In this document: piece by piece, positions 61,382 through 64,000 of the stretch
Layout: the number at the start of each line of letters is the position of its first letter
Numbering within the stretch: position 1 is the stretch's first letter
Assembly (NCBI GenBank): GCA_050331235.1
Contig: JBHJHA010000017.1
Location: 1 to 64,000 of the forward strand
DNA from: Leptolyngbyaceae cyanobacterium
GTDB taxonomy: Bacteria > Cyanobacteriota > Cyanobacteriia > Phormidesmidales > Phormidesmidaceae
Length of the DNA: 64,000 nucleotides
Direction of reading: 5' to 3'
Notes under the pieces: generated by a model
Databases searched by the model: none
What the model was told of the DNA's origin: nothing
The model's input: only the letters and a program-made list of their open reading frames with translations
Position numbers and translations under genes: made by a program

Positions 61382-62581
61382 TTAGCTAATCCTAGTTTGG
61401 CTGTCTGGGGTGGTCGACAATGGTGCATACAGGTCGCCCAATAACATTCCAGCTTGAGCGCCCGTTACGCTGGGCAAGTTGCCTGGGAAACCTTGGTGCC
61501 GCCAGTAGCCCAAAACCGCAAAGGCGATCGCTTCCTTGAGATCGGCTGGAATCCCTACATCGGTGGTTGATTGGACCGCGATGCCCGGTAAATGTTGACG
61601 TATGCGCTCGACTAAATAAGGATTTTGGCTGCCGCCACCACAGAGCAACATCTCTGCGGGCAGGGTAGGCAAAAAGTTGTGATAGCTACGAGCAATGGAG
61701 AGGGCTGTCAACTCAGTTAGACTGGCTAAAACGTCTGCTGGCGATAGATCGAGGGCTTGGGTGTCGGCAAAGCACTGCCGCCAAAAATCGCGGCCAAAGA
61801 GTTCTCGCCCGGTGGACTTGGGTGGCAACTGCTCAAAATAAGGATGACTGAGCCACTGCTCGACTAACCTCAAGCTTGGGCTACCTTGCGCTGCCCAAGT
61901 CCCGTCTTGGTCGTAGGTTTTTTGCCCAGCGGAAAACGTTTCTACCGCGAGATCGATCAGGCTGTTGCCCGGACCCGTATCCCAGCCCAGCACTTTGGGG
62001 GGGGCGCCCTGATGCGGTATCGGCCAAGGGGGCAACAGTGCCACATTCCCGATGCCGCCAATATTTTGCACACAGCGATACTGGGTGGGATGACTCAATA
62101 GTGCCAAATCAACGGGGGGCACTAGGGGCGCTCCTTCGCCGCCAGCGGCGATGTCAGCCTGACGAAAATTGCTTACGGTGGGGCATTGGGTCAAATGAGC
62201 GATCGCTGCTCCTCGTCCTAACTGCACGCTGTAGGCTAAGGCCGTCACAGCGCCAGACTCTGCCGTGGCCCCCCGTGGTCGGTGAAAAACCGTTTGACCA
62301 TGGGAGGCAATGAGATCGACGGGGCCATAGGTCTGCATGAGGTCTTGGGCCAACCGAGCAAATACCTGGGCGATCGCTTCGTCTAGCGTGGCTAGGTCAG
62401 CCATGGTAACCGATTCCCCGGCTCCAACGGCCAGCGCTTGCTGGCGAATGGCGGGGGGATAGGCCAACGTTGTCCCCCCGATGACAGTGAGGCTGAGGTC
62501 ATAGCCTTGCCCTTCGATTTCGACCGTGGCCCCGTCAACGCCGTCCACGGAGGTGCCACTTATTAGTCCGATTACGCGCAC
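61382..62581 (-). CDS. anmK: Anhydro-N-acetylmuramic acid kinase
   Basis: 'IGL.SGTS.DG.D', 'SHGQTV.H', 'D.AAGG.GAPLVP', 'NIGGI.N', 'DTGPGN', 'PKSTGRE.F'. Confidence 0.96.
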   Translation of the reverse strand: MRVIGLISGTSVDGVDGATVEIEGQGYDLSLTVIGGTTLAYPPAIRQQALAVGAGESVTMADLATLDEAIAQVFARLAQDLMQTYGPVDLIASHGQTVFHRPRGATAESGAVTALAYSVQLGRGAAIAHLTQCPTVSNFRQADIAAGGEGAPLVPPVDLALLSHPTQYRCVQNIGGIGNVALLPPWPIPHQGAPPKVLGWDTGPGNSLIDLAVETFSAGQKTYDQDGTWAAQGSPSLRLVEQWLSHPYFEQLPPKSTGRELFGRDFWRQCFADTQALDLSPADVLASLTELTALSIARSYHNFLPTLPAEMLLCGGGSQNPYLVERIRQHLPGIAVQSTTDVGIPADLKEAIAFAVLGYWRHQGFPGNLPSVTGAQAGMLLGDLYAPLSTTPDSQTRIS

Positions 62582-62584
62582 TTT

Positions 62585-63304
62585 TTATCGGTCTCCTTCT
62601 TCTAAAGGCAGTTTGGCGAGCCCTCGATTATTGCCGATGACCACCATGACCGCTCCCTTTTTTAGCTGGGTCACGGGGCTGGGGTTAACTTCAAATTTTT
62701 CGTTATTGTCTGGCTGCGAGAGGGCCAGCAGGGTGACGCCATACTTATTGCGTAAATCTAGGTCGGCGATCGTGCGCTGATCAAAGTTAGCGGGAACGCG
62801 CAACTCGACAATGCTGTTATCAGGGTCCAACTCAAATCGGTCGAGGATGCCTGGACGGGTAATTGCCCGGGCTAGGTTACAGCCCATCTCATGTTCTGGA
62901 AAGACGACTTGATCAGCGCCTACACGCTGTAGCAGCTTGCCATGAATCTCACTTGAGGCCTTCGCAACCACATATTGGACTCCGAGTTCTTTGACATTGA
63001 GCGTGGTAATGACACTCTCTTCCACATAGTTGCCAATGGCGACAATGACTGTATCAAAATCCGGAATACCCGCTTCTTCTAGGGCTAAGCGCTGGGTTGA
63101 ATCAAGCTGTACGGTGTGGGCTGCAATTTCATCCTTGAGTGCTTGGGTCACGCTCTGTTCATTTTTGTCTACGCCGAGCACTTCATAGCCGAGGTTGTTG
63201 AGCGTCATACACACTGCTCGGCCAAACCGCCCTAACCCAATCACGGCGAACTGACGGTTTTTGTTGCGCAAGCTTCGAAAAAAGCCTAGGGAAGACAAAT
63301 TCAC
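62585..63304 (-). CDS. ktrA: TrkA/KtrA family K+ uptake regulatory (RCK) subunit
   Basis: 'FAVIGLGRFG', 'VIVAIG', 'VAKA....H..LL..VGAD.VV.PE.EMG'. Confidence 0.88.
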   Translation of the reverse strand: MNLSSLGFFRSLRNKNRQFAVIGLGRFGRAVCMTLNNLGYEVLGVDKNEQSVTQALKDEIAAHTVQLDSTQRLALEEAGIPDFDTVIVAIGNYVEESVITTLNVKELGVQYVVAKASSEIHGKLLQRVGADQVVFPEHEMGCNLARAITRPGILDRFELDPDNSIVELRVPANFDQRTIADLDLRNKYGVTLLALSQPDNNEKFEVNPSPVTQLKKGAVMVVIGNNRGLAKLPLEEGDR

Positions 63305-63664
63305 TGGGGACGCTCCTTTCCAGCCATAGGTGTAAAATTCGCGATCGGGTCACGACGAACTGTCTTCATCAGTCTACCGATGTCAGGGACGATGCTCACC
63401 TTGGATCGCCGTCGTTGCCCAGAGAGGCAAGCGGTGGTACGGCAAGTTCGCTCACGCCCCGATATGGCACGCAATTTAGTCGCCGTGGGCCAATCGGCAG
63501 CCGCGATCGCCACCAACTGGTAAAGAGTCTGGGCGATTGCCGATCTGACCCCAAATGTGCTCAACGCTTTTGTCCTAGAGGAGGCTGTCTCAAGTCTTGC
63601 CTAACCCCCCGTTAATGCAACAAAATGTTAGCCTGTCTGAATGACTTCTGGGATGGAGAGAGCC

Positions 63665-64000
63665 GTGGAGATTCAATTAGGTCGAGGAAAAACCGTTCGT
63701 CGAGCGTATGGTTTTGATGAAATTGCCCTAGCGCCGGGTAATCGTACGCTAGATCCGCAGCTTGCAGACACCCGTTGGGAAATCGGTGGCATTGAGCGAG
63801 AGATTCCGATTATTGCTAGCGCGATGGATGGTGTAGTCGATGTCAATATTGCGGCTCAGATTTCCCAGCTGGGAGCCCTCGGAGTCTTAAACTTGGAAGG
63901 CATTCAGACCCGCTATGATGATCCTGACCCCTTTCTCGATAAAATTGCGGCGGTGGGCAAAGCAGATTTTGTCACTCTGATGCAAAAGCTGTACGCTGCA
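63665..64000 (+). CDS. guaB: GuaB3-family IMP dehydrogenase-related protein, 3'-truncated
   Basis: GTG start; translates MEIQLGRGKTVRRAYGFDEIALAPG.RTLDP...IPIIASAMDGVVD...LGVLNLEGIQTRY and runs off the window (not in the ORF track). Confidence 0.88.
   Translation, partial: MEIQLGRGKTVRRAYGFDEIALAPGNRTLDPQLADTRWEIGGIEREIPIIASAMDGVVDVNIAAQISQLGALGVLNLEGIQTRYDDPDPFLDKIAAVGKADFVTLMQKLYAA

Larger units (their letters stand above)
1268..63510. repeat. HIP1 octamer GCGATCGC dispersed across the window
   Basis: Dozens of copies seen, e.g. 1268, 6270, 6552, 7758, 16381, 19648, 51825, 63503. Known hallmark of many cyanobacterial genomes. Confidence 0.95.

Overview
Chromosomal segment of a cyanobacterium (HIP1 GCGATCGC is abundant; petF, bvdR, desA/desB, ppc and spkA are present; probably a filamentous, salt-adapted Leptolyngbya-like lineage, which is an inference). 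Most of it is housekeeping: recG, ssb, mreBCD, rlmN, glcF, rsfS-yqeK, fni, anmK, ktrA-like, a GuaB3-like gene, egtCBD ergothioneine genes and tRNA-Gly(TCC). It also holds a 5'-truncated cadherin-like giant surface protein and an accessory-looking block (YdeI, RTX protein, ECF sigma/RskA anti-sigma, broken isochorismatase). The standout is one ORF at about 41.7-43.85 kb that fuses a complete ProX-type glycine-betaine-binding domain (all three Trp-cage motifs) to a complete GluR0-type ligand-gated K+ channel (S1-M1-TVGYGD pore-M2-S2), with no ABC transporter partners nearby: a candidate osmolyte-modulated iGluR-like K+ channel. Several lesions are visible and may be biological or assembly errors: RecG Walker A GKT->GIS, an in-frame TAA in the isochorismatase, a C9 frameshift and a GST remnant. 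No CRISPR array, IS element, prophage or rRNA was seen.
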